DNA of 64,000 nucleotides from contig OX597820.1 of NCBI GenBank assembly GCA_951406725.2, positions 106,454,001 to 106,518,000 of the forward strand. Reading direction: 5' to 3'. Of this stretch, positions 36,927-49,625 are shown in pieces. The notes below the pieces were generated by a model that did no database searches, had not been told where the DNA came from, and saw nothing but the letters and a program-made list of their open reading frames with translations. The DNA comes from Octopus vulgaris (Eukaryota). Position 1 is the stretch's first letter. Each line of letters starts with the position of its first letter. A program made the translations under genes and the position numbers.

Positions 36927-39900
36927 TAACTTCACATAAAAATTAATACATACATACATATAATAATAATAATAATATTAATGAAATTATTGTATACAGT
37001 GCTCAGGTGCACCACAACTTGTTAGAAAGTGCATATAAAGTATATGCAGTAATGTACAAATGTCTGGAAAGCGAACAATGTATGAGTCAAATACATGCTT
37101 GTGTGTGTATGGAGGGGAGAAAATCAGGTGTAGTGTTGGCAAATCTCAGAAATTATACACACACATAATTAAGCTGTGAAAGAATATTTCTCAGTCTGTG
37201 TTTTGAATATCTTCCTTACAAATTTTAAATTTTGATACTTTAAAAGAGAGACTATTATTGGTATTTCTCACTTGTACTGTAGAAATCATTGTTAATTTTG
37301 TATTGTACTGTACAAATATTAATAACTTTGAAGTTTGTAACATATCAGTAAATAATTTTAAAAAATACCTGAAAAATATCATCACAAACATACGTTATCA
37401 ATTCGTGGTGTGTAGCATGGTTCGTAATTGAGTGTTCTATGCTATTCTGGATCAGTGTTAAATGAATTGGTGATGAACAAGGATAGATGTACTCTACAAG
37501 AAAGACAACTTTCTCCCATGCCATAGATGCAAACAACCAAACAACTTAAAGATTTACATTGCACCATTTAGATTATTTAAGAATATATTTTTTTTTACCC
37601 CCTTTTTCAACTTATATTGAGTAACAGTCTGTTAGTTTTGTTTGATAGATTTTTTTTTTCTTTTGTAATTCTTCTCAATTTAAAAAGAAACAAAGGCAGC
37701 AAGCTGGCAGAAACGTTAGCACAGCAGATGAAATGCTTAGCGGTATTTTGTCTATCTTTACATTCTAAGTTCAAATTCCGCCAAGGTTAACTTTGACTGA
37801 CCCCTTCCCCCAAAATTTCAGGCCCTTGTGCCTAGAGTAGAAAAGAATTTAAAAAGAAACAAAATTTAATATTTATAACAAGTCATTTTGTTGTGGAAAT
37901 CAGCTTTTATTATTGTAGGGTTGTCAATCCTCCATAAATATTTAACTTTTCGATCATAGGTTGAGTACAATTGTAAATCCTTCCCTTTCCACTTAGATTA
38001 AACCACCACCATCACCTCCACCACCCAAGAACCCTTATAGGCTTTGATCAATTATAGCCACTACCAATATTATAAGTTATATTTATAGAACCTATACTAG
38101 TATCTTAAGCTTTGAAATAGTAGCATGTAATTTTAAATAGTTCCCAGCACTCATGTTTATCTTTTAGAACTCTTTTAGCGTTCATATTTCATTTGAAAAT
38201 TTCTGTCTTTCATTGTCTTCTGTAATGTTAGAGATCCAATAATATTTTCAAATGAATTTCACTATATTAATGTTTCCATTTTCATTTGAACAATTTTCCT
38301 AAGTTCTTTCTTATTAGCTACCATCATTAAATGCAATTAAGTTCTACAATTAGGCTTCAGTTCCTGCTTGTAGGGATTCCTTGCACCTGTCATTAATGTC
38401 TTAGAAATGGTACAACTCCTTGTTTTCTCTCTAAAATACATAAATTAAATCAGGGTTTAAATTAAGTTTATTTTTTTAGTAATAAATTGTGTCTACATTT
38501 AAAGATTGTAAGATTAAAGTACTGAACTACAAACTTCATGGTTATGAATTCAAGACCTATGCCTAGGGTCATTGTGTTCTCCTCTTGTGCAAGACACATA
38601 ATTCTGTTTGCTCCAGGTCATAAGCTAAAGAAGGTCTGATAGTTATATCAGGTTTTATGTTAATGAGATGAGGACACTGATTAACCACAAGTAATGATTT
38701 TACATAACCTGGTATATGTTTCTGACAGCTTAGAAAAACTGGGACATGAACTTAAGATCTTTGAACTGGTAGAGAGTTCAACTATTGATGGAAAGTGTAG
38801 TCTCTCATAAACAATATCACAGAATTGAACCATTGCAGTGATCATGATGAAATTTTGCATCATTCTATCTTTTGCTGAATCTTCCTCAGTTCTATAAAAA
38901 CTGAGCCCAATCAGTTAAAAAAGAACTTTGTTTTACCAAGAACTGTAAATGCTCACTATCAGAGATCTAACAAATGGTAACAATATGTGCCTTATCAATC
39001 TTGTGTTTATCATTATTAATTAAGTACAATGTATTTTTATCATTCTTTAGATCTTTTGCTGTGAACATTAAGAGTTGTTACTAAAATATTCATTTTCATA
39101 TGAACTAATTTACCAAAAAGTACAGTTGTTCTCTGAAACTGATGTCATTTATAAAAACTCTTTGGTTACCTAATTACTTCTACAGTAGCTTTTATCAAAT
39201 ATTGTAATAGTATAATGATGCAGTACTATAGCAGGGGTGTATATTCTGGGATGAGTTAGATAAGTGCTGCACATCATCCACCAAAGATGGTAATGTCTCT
39301 GTTCTTGCGAAATCCTGATACAATCTGGTGAAATCTAATAATGCACAACTCAAGAACCAAGATTAAATTGGTTTAAAATGGTGTTATGTATGGAAATAGC
39401 CAAAAGTTTTTATGTTTTTAGTTATAGGTAGTGGTAGGTTCAGTACCCTAACCCTAACCCTGTGACGACAAGCACCAAATGCCTTACTATATTTACTTTC
39501 ATAGTCTAGATTCAGACCTTAATAGAATTGACTTCACTTTCCATCCTCCCAGCTCAATGGATTATTTCCTTCTTATTGAGCATGTGCCTTTTCTGATTAT
39601 GTTTAGATTAGTATTTCTGAAGGTGGGGGTCTATGCCCCACTGATGGAGGGGCATAGGACAAAGAGAATTTAGAAACAATGATTTAGGCATTAATACTAC
39701 AATGATGGTGATAATTGTGAATATTACATCAAATGGAAGTGGCTGTATTTAGACAAATGTTTCATCATCATCATCATCATCATCATCATTTGGTTATTTT
39801 ACCTCAAAAGATAATTATATGCATTCTTTTTTTTACTTTTTATCTTTATTTTTCTCCGCATGCATTTACTATGTCATTACTTTTAGCTGATTTTTTTTAA

Positions 39901-40062
39901 TAACTTATTATTGTATGTTATATTTTCTTATTTGTCATGTGTTGTGTGTGTGTTTGTGTGTGTGTTTTCTTATATCTATTTTAAGCATGATATTGTTTCA
40001 ATATTGCTGTTGTTGTTGTTGTTGTTGTTTTTGCATGAATAGTGCATGCTATGTTTTTTCAG

Positions 40063-40287
40063 AGATTCTAAAGAGAATGGTGATGTAAGGAAATCTAGCT
40101 TGACAAATGATTCCTCTGTGTCTGTAGATGCAGAGAAATCTGGTGTTGAGTATGATGGTGAGGGTCGGATTTTGTATAAACCATCAGAGACTTACAAACT
40201 GATACATGGAGAAAGTGATCAAGCAGATACAACAGCAGTGCCATTATATTCTAAAACTTTCAAGCGTCTTCAAGAAAAACTAGATGG
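40063..40287 (+). CDS. Zasp: Zasp-like exon D (second AM-like motif), symmetric 225 nt
   Basis: ttttttcag acceptor, GG|gtagga donor. Encodes DSKENG...PSETYKLIHGE...YSKTFKRLQEKLDG, matching the SEVY-K...S-x-x-F-x-x-LQ pattern. Phase 2 to 2. Confidence 0.85.
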
Positions 40288-40713
40288 GTAGGAGTAACAA
40301 ATCTTAATCAGTTCTTGAAACTACCTTTTAAATTTTTTCCTTTTTCAATATTGATCCCTACAGTGTTTGTGTGGAAGAATGGTCTAATTACTCCCCATTA
40401 TTAAGTCTTGTCCTTCCATAATCTGAAGTCAAATTCCACCAGGGTTCACTTCACTTGTCACCCATCCAAAAAGTGACAAAACTAAGTACCAGCAATATAC
40501 TGAGGTAGTTTGATAGTAGTGAACAAAATTCCATACTATATTAAATTCTTATTTCTCTTCACTCCTCTGATTTCAAATCTTACCAAGGTCCATTGCTTTT
40601 CTTCCCTCCGAGGGATTGGAGAAATGCAAATGCAGTAGTATCACGGTTTTTTAACAACTCTGATCGTGAATAAATCATGCTTTATCTCCTGTCTTTCTCA
40701 TACCCATTGAATA

Positions 40714-41119
40714 CAGTAGTACCTTGGTCTATGAATGTCTCTGATCACAAATAAATCATGCTTTATATATATAGTAACAAACTGAGGAAAGGGGTGTGTG
40801 AAACATCCAATTCACTGGTACATCAGTTGGATACCATATAAATATGGGTATAATGCAATTACGAAGATAAATTATATAGAGAGTTATTATTGACAATCCA
40901 ATAATTTATTTATATTACAATATTACATGATATGCTATGAATATAATATGACATAATATTATATAACATAAACAATTATTTAAAAAAACCATAAAAGGCC
41001 AACAAATTGTTTTGACTTATATACATTCTCTGATATATATACACAGTAATAGTTCCCTTATATATACAAGTCACTTCAGGATCATGGTTTAAAGATAGAT
41101 GAAAACCGAGGTACTACTG
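40714..41119. mobile_element. Tigger/pogo-like MITE
   Basis: TA|CAGTAGTACCTTGGT...ACCGAGGTACTACTG|TA (14/15 TIR match). Confidence 0.75.
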
Positions 41120-42437
41120 TACTAAAGTCAATATGATCAACCATACTTTTTTCTTAAAATGCATGGCCTTGTGCCTATCTTACAAATTAATACTGAAGTC
41201 TCAACTATTAAGATCTCTTTTAAAAGAATGGATATTATATCTAGACACACGCTAGAGCTTGATCAACTCTGGTTGGGTTGCCTGAATGAGATTGTCTGAA
41301 GTTGAGACTTGAAACACCTAATGACCCTAGGAAATATCGACAATGTGTCTAAGTACATTACAGGGTGACATATAGGAAAACTAGTTATTAGTAGTGCATA
41401 GAACAATTGCTGTAAAGTACTGAACTGTTTGCTACCAGGTCATCAGTTCAAACATTATTTACAGCTATTGCGTTTTCCCATGGATAAACAACAAAACACT
41501 GCTTGCTTCAGCTTACCTGACTGGCAAGAAATTTCATCTCTGCTGTAAAGATAGGTGGTTATCAGTAATGAAAGAGCAAGTGCTTGTTTAAAAAGTTGTG
41601 CCAACATACAACAATATCCAAATTTCCATATTAGTAAAATGATAGTACTACCCTCAGTTGTTATTATTATTATCATTATTATTATTATTATTATCATTAT
41701 TATTATTATAGTGATGATAATAGTTCTTTCTAATTTTGCACAAGGCCAGCAGTTTTAAGGGGAGGGGCATGTCTATTACATCAACCCTAGTACTTATGTT
41801 ATTGACTCCTGAAAGACAAAAGATAAAGTTGAACTTAGAATGCAATGAACCAGAGAAAATGTGCTTAGCATTTTGTCTAATGTGCAAACAATTCTACCAG
41901 CTTGCCACCTTTAATGGTTTCTAATTTTGGTATAAAGGGAGTAAATGAAGCATTACCAAGTAACAAGACGTATACATATAGCTCTGTATTCCCGTTATTA
42001 TCAATGTTCATAAAGTGATTTAAGATGATCATTTGGAAGAGGAGTAAGTAGTTTCCCTTCCAATTTGCAGTTTAGCATTTGATTGACTAAATTGCTTGAG
42101 ACCAATACTCTAAGTGTTGTTCCATAAACCTATAGACTATTCCAAGAATTTCTCAGAGTTTTTCACATTTGGCAGGAAATTAAAAAAATTTTATTGAAAG
42201 TATTTGGTCTCCTCCTAAAAAGTTTGAAGAAAAGTACTACAGACATTGTGGATTTTGATATCTTTTCTACATTTATTTTAATAGAAAGTATTAAAATCTC
42301 AAGATTTTAAAAATACAAACAGATGTTGTAATTACACACACACACACATTGTTTTAATAAACAGAATTTTTCTGTAGTGTAACATTCTACTACTTTCATA
42401 ACATGCTATGCAATAAACTTATCATTATTATTATATG

Positions 42438-42873
42438 AAGGCAGTGAGCTGGTAGAGTCGTTAGCGTGTTAGACAAAATGCTTAGCGCCATTTGATCCAT
42501 CACTACTTTCTTAGTTCAAGTTCCACCCAGGTTGACTTTGCCTTTCATCCTTTTGGGCTCAATAACATTAGTACCACTTGAACTCTGGGGTCAGTGAAAT
42601 TGACTTACTCCCACCCCTAAATGCTGGTCTTGTTCCAAAATTTGAAACCTTTATTGTATTAAGGTAGCAACCTGACAGAATTCTTAAGGCATTGCACAAA
42701 ATGCTTAATGGCTTTACTTTCATCTATTTATGTTCAAAGTTCACCAGAAGGTAACTTGACCTTTCATACTTTCAGGGTCGGTAAGATAAAGTACAAGTAC
42801 TGGGGTTGATGTAATCAACTTGCTCCCTCCCTTCAAAAGCACTGGCCTTGTGCCTGTAGCAAAAAGGAGTATG

Positions 42874-42905
<32 letters not shown>

Positions 42906-43125
42906 GGTAGCAAGCTGGCAGAATCATCAGCATGCTGGATGAAATGCTTAGCAGTATTTCGCTTGCCGCTCCATTCTGAGTTCAAATTCGGCCACGGTCG
43001 ACTTTGCCTTTCATCCTTTCGGAGTCAATAAAATAAGTACCAGTTGAGTAGTGAGGGTTGATGTAATTGATTCATCCCCTCCCCCGAAATTGCTGTCCTT
43101 GTGGCAAAATTTGAAGTCATTATTA
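42438..43125 (+). mobile_element. Three head-to-tail SINE family B copies
   Basis: Copies start at about 42438, 42661 and 42905 and are separated by ATT-rich spacers. Confidence 0.75.
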
Positions 43126-43379
43126 TTGTTGCTGTTATTATTTCTATGTCAACTTGTACAAAATGTTTTGCAAATATTCAGGAATAGAAGAATTTGTAGT
43201 TATTTCATTACTACAGCAATAATAATTTACAATGATTAGAATATCGAATAATAACAATAAATATCTAACTAATTAGTGAATTTAACATTAGATGGGATTT
43301 GTCAAAATACACCTTGGAGAATGGCCTAACTATTTACAAACAATAACTATATCTGATCTGTCTGTCTTGTCACCAACAG

Positions 43380-43450
43380 GGCCCCAGTGGCAAGCTACAC
43401 GCCGCCACCTGCAGCTCCTGCACCACCTCCACCACAAGTTCAACTTTTCT
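43380..43450 (+). CDS. Zasp: Zasp-like exon E, Pro-rich
   Basis: caacag acceptor, T|gtaagt donor. Encodes APVASYTPPPAAPAPPPPQVQLF. Phase 2 to 1. Confidence 0.85.
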
Positions 43451-44115
43451 GTAAGTTGTGATTTTTAAAATTTTATTTATTTATTTTTGTAACTATTGTT
43501 ACTGGTGCAAGCATGGCTGTGTGGTTAAGAAGCTTGCTTTCCAACCATGTAGTCTTGGGTTCACTCCCACAGCATGTCACTTTATGCAAGTGTCTTCTAC
43601 TGTACCCCCAAGTCAACCAAAGACTTGTGAGTGGATTTGGTGTGTAATTATGTGCCTGGTTGTGTATGTAATTATCTGTGTGTATGTGTGATTGTCTGTG
43701 TGACTGTGTCCACTCAGCTGGCAAAAATGTGTTCTACCTATTTTTCAAAGGGCCAGTCTTGTCATATTCTGTATCATGCTGAATCTCTCTGAGAACTACA
43801 TTAAAGGTACTCATGTCTGTGGAGTGCTCAGCCACTTACATGTTAATTTCACATGCAAGCTGTTCCATTGATTGGATCAAGTGGAACTCTCATTGTTGTA
43901 ACCGATGGAGTACCAGATTGTGTGTATGTGATATTGTCTATGATTGTGTCATGCATATGTATGCATGTTGTGTGTATATATAATGTATATACTATGTAAA
44001 ATGATAAGCAGAAATATTTATTTAATAATTTCCCTATTTTATCTCATATCCTGTTTTTTAATATCCTTCTGTCAGCCTTCCTCAATGTGAACCCACAAAA
44101 TTTTCTTTTGCTTAG

Positions 44116-44365
44116 CTCTTCCCAAGCAAGCTGCTCATACTCCAAGAGCACCACCACCTCCACCAGCTCCTGCGATTGTACCAAAAGCACCACCACCACC
44201 ACCAGTCCATAGGCCTCAAGCTGTAACCAAGCCTAAGTTACCTTCTGGACCCCCTAAACCAACTGGACAAGGTGCTACGAAAGGCAAGAAAGGCGATGCT
44301 GTCTATAAAAACCCTGATCAGAGTGGTAGGATCCCTGTCTGTGCCGCTTGTGGAACTCCAATTAG
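44116..44365 (+). CDS. Zasp: Zasp-like exon F, Pro-rich plus start of LIM-a
   Basis: ttttgcttag acceptor, AG|gtctgt donor. Encodes SLPKQAAH...PPPP...GRIPVCAACGTPIR. Phase 1 to 2. Confidence 0.92.
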
Positions 44366-44443
44366 GTCTGTTTATTTCTTTTGTGTGAATCACAGCCACT
44401 TTTATCATCATCATCATCATCATTACACTTCACTTATCATTAT

Positions 44444-44489
<46 letters not shown>

Positions 44490-45135
44490 GTATGTGTGTT
44501 GTTATACACTGCTGGTCACAATGCACTTCCTTGCATTGTTGTAGCTTTCAAATGATGTCACTCAGCTGGCCAGGTGAGCATGCCAACATTCCCACTAAAC
44601 AGAACACCAATCCATCCCTGGGTTATCCATTTACAGCTAAGTGGACTGGAGCAACATGAAATTAAGTGTTTTGCTCAAGAATATAATACACTACCTGCCT
44701 AAGAATTGAAGCTAGAGTTGCCAGATCATAAGTGCAACAGCCTAACCACCAGGTCATACATAACTTAATTTAACTTTGTTGGATTTCATGATTTAAGACT
44801 TACTAAATCATCAGTGTGTGTTTATTGTCACTGGCACTTTAATCTAACTGGCAAACATCTAACTGCAAATAAGTACTGTAGAGAGATATGGCTCATTGTG
44901 GTAAGCCATACAGAATTGGTACCTTTTGGAGACACATAGTTTCAGTAGTATGCATTCTTAGACTATGAGAAAGCAAATGGATAACCAGTACTTCATTTGA
45001 ATCACTACAATAAGTTGAAAACTTCATTGGTGCTAAGAGCTTACAGAAAATCTCAATTTTTTTATGAAGGAATTGTGGAGGTATATTTTCACATAACAAA
45101 GAAATTTTCTTATCTGTCTTTGTATTTTATTACAG

Positions 45136-45322
45136 AGGACCATTTGTATTGGCCATGGGAAAAAGTTGGTGTCCTGCTCACTTCGTTTGTGCTAACCCTA
45201 ACTGTGGTGTTAAGCTCTTTGACATTGGTTTCGTTGAAGAAGGTGGCTTCCTTTATTGTGAGAAGGACTACGAGCTCTACTTTGCTCCTCACTGCCATAA
45301 ATGTAACCAAGTAATCATTGGG
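45136..45322 (+). CDS. Zasp: Zasp-like exon G, LIM-a and start of LIM-b
   Basis: tacag acceptor, GGG|gtaagt donor. Encodes RGPFVLAMGKSWCPAHFVCANPNCGVKLFDIGFVEEGGFLYCEKDYELYFAPHCHKCNQVIIG, very like Zasp52/Enigma LIM. Phase 2 to 0. Confidence 0.96.
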
Positions 45323-45589
45323 GTAAGTACTTTAAAAATTTCTTGCGGGACTGAAATTGTCAAAAAACTATACAAAGAAAAGATGCTCTTAACTACAGTT
45401 TATAAATCCTAAATCTGAAAAGATTTTAAGCACATTTCAAAATTTAGAAGTATAGCAATTTTGGACAGTCATTCTTCTAGCAGTTGGAAAACATGAGCTG
45501 CAAGTTTTACTCTTCTTTCTACTACAATTTCCTGCAAGATGCACAGATTGGCTTTTCTTAAAACTTCAGAGTTTATGATTCTGTCCCTG

Positions 45590-45975
45590 TAAATCATCTT
45601 GAGTATTCTGCATAGATATCATTGGTGATTCACCCTCTGAGTGATCTTGGCAGTTATTTCCTCCTGCATAGATTGCTGTTGGCAAGATGCTATAGGCTCT
45701 GATGCAATAGGATCTTCACATGATTGCTAATTGGAGTGCTGGTCTAGATCTTGCTAATTCCTTTTAACACTGCTGCTGCACACCCAATTCTGGAGTTGAC
45801 ATCAGCCTCAATATCTCCATCAGTAGTAATAATACTGCCTAGATGGATGAAGCTAACTTCTAACGTCTTCAGTGGATTCTTGATTCACAGTAATTTGCAT
45901 CTCTCCTTGCTTACTAGCCTGCCTCACCCTGGTTATTTCAGAGCTGATCCTTAGGTCTGCCTTTTCAACCTCTTC
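45590..45975 (-). mobile_element. Old RTE-like RT fragment
   Basis: Minus-strand FIHLGSIITTDGDIEADVNSRIG resembles the RT YLGS region. Confidence 0.55.
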
Positions 45976-46021
45976 AGCTATTTGAACAGAAAAGGGTAAT
46001 GTAGTCCAAAAACATTATAAT

Positions 46022-46416
46022 CGTAGGTGTGGCTGTGTAGTAAGAAGCTTGCTTGTCCACCATATGGTTCTGGGTTCAGTCCCACTTCATGGCACCTTGT
46101 GCAAGTGTCTTCTACAGGTTCAGGCTGAGCAAAGCCTTGTGAGTGGATGGAAACTGAAAGAAGCCTAGTGTGTGTGTGTATATATATTATATATGTGTCT
46201 GTGTTTGTTCCCCCCACTTCCATCACTTGACAACTCGTGTTGGTGAGTTTATGTCACTTTAACTTAGCAGTTCAGCAAAAGTGATCAATAGAATGAGTAC
46301 CAGGCTTTAAAAGAGAAAAAAAAAGTTCTGGTGCTGATTTCATTCGACTAAAAGTTCAAGGTGGTGCCTCAGCACAGCCACAATCTAATGACTGGAACAG
46401 GTAAAAGATAAGAGAT
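46022..46416 (+). mobile_element. tRNA-derived SINE family A
   Basis: Full head-to-tail match to the other family A copies. Confidence 0.8.
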
Positions 46417-46492
46417 ATTAATTTTTTTTTTGTATCTCTCTAATCTTTAATTAATGTTTATATATAATATATTAATATTTTCTTTTTTACAG

Positions 46493-46613
46493 GAATGTGT
46501 GAATGCTATGAACACTACTTTCCATCCCAATTGTTTCTTGTGCGCTCAGTGTAGGAAGCCAATTGGAGGCAGCAGCTTCCACATAGAAGATGGGGAGTTC
46601 TATTGTGATCCTC
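46493..46613 (+). CDS. Zasp: Zasp-like exon H, LIM-b
   Basis: ttttacag acceptor, C|gtgagt donor. Encodes ECVNAMNTTFHPNCFLCAQCRKPIGGSSFHIEDGEFYCDP. Phase 0 to 1. Confidence 0.96.
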
Positions 46614-46955
46614 GTGAGTATGCAACTGTTTGTCTTTTTTTTTCTGCACCTAAGACATACTAAACGTTTTTACATCATTACCACCACACACTGACACCAA
46701 CACTGTGTGTGGGTATCACTTTCTCTTTTATTGTGTGGGTGCATGTCACTTTTCACACCTCAGCTATAATATACATTGTTATATTGTCATCATCAGACAC
46801 TGACACTTGTTCATGTGTGTGTAGATGTATGAGACTAACTCACAATTTTCTCTTCACCCTCTTTATCTTGCTCCTCTCCTTTCTTTTCTCAATATTCTCT
46901 ATTCCTTCTTTCATTTGTCATAACACTCATAAACTTTTCCAATTTTATTTTCCAG

Positions 46956-47071
46956 ACTGGAAGGAAATGTTCCAAGCCATTTGCTTTGGGTGTAAATATC
47001 CTATTGATCCTGGAGATAGATGGGTTGAGGCAATGGATCATAGCTACCATTCTGACTGCTTTGTCTGTACA
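46956..47071 (+). CDS. Zasp: Zasp-like exon I, LIM-c first part
   Basis: ttttccag acceptor, ACA|gtacgt donor. Encodes HWKEMFQAICFGCKYPIDPGDRWVEAMDHSYHSDCFVCT (GDRWVEA signature). Phase 1 to 0. Confidence 0.96.
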
Positions 47072-47110
47072 GTACGTATTATTGTTGTTGTTGTTGTTAT
47101 TATTATTATT

Positions 47111-47790
47111 ATGTCATCAGGCACTCACAGCCCTCTACCAGTTGGGAAATGAGATCAGTGGATATTCTGCTTTAGAAATTTATAGAGGATTAGTTGCAGA
47201 GAAGTGCAGCATTCTCAGGGAGACTCTGGGCACCAACAAGAACGAACTGGCTAGTCTGTTCCAGAGGACTTTCCAGTCAGAAACTATCATGAGTAATTTC
47301 TGCATGTCCTTGGCTTGGCAGTGCTAACAGGGGCTGCTACAGTCATAAACTCTACAGTCATGGATGTGTTGTCAGACAGGCCTGTCCAAGGTGCATGCAG
47401 AGTGACAAAACCATTCTGCACACCTTCATTCAGTGTCCGGACATTGCTTACTTGTGGGGTTATGTCAAATAGTTGCTGTCGTGTGGGACGGATCCGTCTG
47501 TCAGCCAAGTCTGAGGTGATAATTGCACTGCCACCCTCCTCCAATCAGACAAGCAAGGCAGTTTTCCTTTGCCTGGTGGCTGTGGAGAAAGGGGTTCGGT
47601 GGACAAGGCTGAAAGGCATGAGGACAGATACATTCCTCTTTGGTAGTGCCCTCATTGACTTCTTCAAGTTTCCCTGGAAAAGGAAATTGAGAGTGGAGAG
47701 GGAAGTGCTATCCTTGAGTGAGTTTACTGAAGGGTGTGTGAAAGTTGCGAAAATGGCAAGAGTGGATGGTACCTCACTAAGTGTAGACCT
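47111..47790 (+). mobile_element. L1/Tx1-clade LINE ORF2 C-terminal remnant
   Basis: CCHC knuckle CPRCMQSDKTILHTFIQC (C-x2-C-x8-H-x4-C) at about 47383-47436, followed by AVFLCLVAV...WTRLKG...FFKF..KRKLRVERE. Contains stops and frameshifts. Confidence 0.7.
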
Positions 47791-48047
47791 GTTTCCAGAA
47801 GTGAATTATCCAAACCCCAAAGAATTCCTCTCAATACATGGCTATGATTCTTCCCCACTACTTCTGCTCGTGATCAGAGATGCACATATCGTCAGCCACT
47901 AAGGGACATGCTCAACTGGTTAAGGTCAAATAACTGACAAGCAAATCTGTGGTATTGAGCAGAATATTTGCTGTAGCCCAACTTTTATACCAAGATAAAA
48001 CAATGTACATGATAACACTTCCCGATACTGCATCAGGGCATTTATTA

Positions 48048-48490
48048 CCAGTGCCGGTGACATGTCGAAACTCTACTTGTGAAGACCCGTTGAGGCAAGT
48101 GGGGATCAGAATGGAAATCGATCAATGGAAATTGCAGATGTGTTACCAGTGCCGGTGGCATGTAAGAGAACCTTCCGTTTCGCGACCGTTGCCAGCACCG
48201 CCCTGTTTCGTGTCCGTTGCCAGCCTCGCATGGCCCTTGTGCCGGTGGCACATAAAAAGCACCATCCGTTCGTGGCCGTTTGCCAGCTCTGTCTGGCACC
48301 TGTGCGGGTGGCACGTAAAAAGCACCCACTACACTCACGGAGTGGTTGGCGTTAGGAAGGGCATCCAGCCGTAGAAACACTGCCAGATTTGACTGGGCCT
48401 GATGAAGCCTTCTGGCTTCACAGACCCCAGTAGAACCGTCCAACCCATGCTAGCGTGGAAAACGGACGCTAAACGACGATGATGATGATG

Positions 48491-48491
<1 letters not shown>
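48048..48491 (+). mobile_element. RTE LINE 3' UTR and tail
   Basis: Tandem GTGCCGGTGGCAC units and a (GAT)n tail running into (ATT)n. Confidence 0.85.
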
Positions 48492-48547
<56 letters not shown>

Positions 48548-48550
48548 GTT

Positions 48551-49130
48551 AAAGCAGTGAGCTGGCAGAATTGTTAGCACACTGCTTATCAGTATTTCAT
48601 CCGTCTTTACATTCTGAATTCAAATTCTACTGGGGTTGACTTTGCCTTTCATCTTTTCGAGGTCAAATAAGTACCAGTTACATACTGGGGGGGTCGATGT
48701 AATTGACTAGCCCCTCCCCTAAAATTTCAGGCCTTGTGCCTATTGTAGAAAGGATTATTTTAAGCACGCTGGGCAAAATGCTTCATGATGTTTTATCCAT
48801 CATTACATTCTGAGTTCAAATTCTACTGAACTTGACTTTGCTTTTCATCATTTCAGGGGTTGATGGAATAAGCACCTGTTTAGCACTGGGGTTGATGTAA
48901 TCAACTACTCCCTTCCCAAAAAATTTCAGGCCTTTTATCTGTAGCAGAAAGGATTATCATCATCAACAACAACAACAACAACAAGGTGGCAAACTGGACA
49001 AAATGCTAAGTGGCATTTTTCCTTGCTGTCTATGATTTGAGATCAAAATCCACCAAGATCATCTTTCATCCTTATGTAATCTACTTGCCTTCGCCTTGAA
49101 AAACATTTGTGGCCTAGAAAGAAATATTAT
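48551..49130 (+). mobile_element. Tandem SINE family B copies
   Basis: Two clear copies and one degraded copy follow an (ATT)n tract. Confidence 0.7.
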
Positions 49131-49407
49131 TATGAAACTATTATATGCTACTTTATCTGGTGGTGGGGATGGTGTCTTGAGTTTTGGTTACAAGTTCCCT
49201 CTTAGGATTCTTACAGAACACAGCATGGCATGTATCTACTGGTCTACAGTGTAGGTCTCAACTTCAAAATCCTTCAGCCTGTAAAATAGCCATTGAGGGT
49301 TATACCAAGTGCACTAATTTCAACACGAACAATTCTTAGCTTTGTTTTCTACGATGTCTTCATCTCTCCAGCTAGGCCCTGACTTTTTTCTCAGTTTCTT
49401 TATATAT

Positions 49408-49616
49408 GTTAGTTAGTTAGTTAATTTGGCTCAAAAGCAAATAGCAAGGCCATGTAGGGGGACATGGAGTTAAGTACAGGGTGGTGTTCATGTAAAGAGT
49501 TCAGGCCACTTGAGGTCCAGGGAGGCTTTGAACAAAGCGGTCGTCGGCATCTTCACCATCTCGTCTGGCAGCTTGTTCCACGGATCCGCAACCCGGACGG
49601 AGAAAGCTCCTCTCCT
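49408..49616 (-). mobile_element. CR1-clade LINE 3' end
   Basis: Minus strand RRGAFSVRVADPWNKLPDEMVKMPTTALFKASLDLKWPELFT* (CR1 ORF2 C-terminus) and a (TAAC)n tail, inserted in (TA)n. Confidence 0.8.
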
Positions 49617-49625
49617 ATATATATA

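Noticed and set aside
44076-44115. Alternative upstream acceptor for exon F
   Set aside because: The 40-nt extension shifts the frame or introduces stops.
45160-45205. LIM-a with Cys in place of the canonical His (WCPAHFVC) and a C-x4-C spacing
   Set aside because: As I recall, Drosophila Zasp52 has the same pattern (WCPDHFICVNGNC), so it is a family trait and not novel.
47315-47902. 195-aa ORF as an independent gene
   Set aside because: It is a chimera of frameshifted Tx1 ORF2 remnant and an adjacent repeat.
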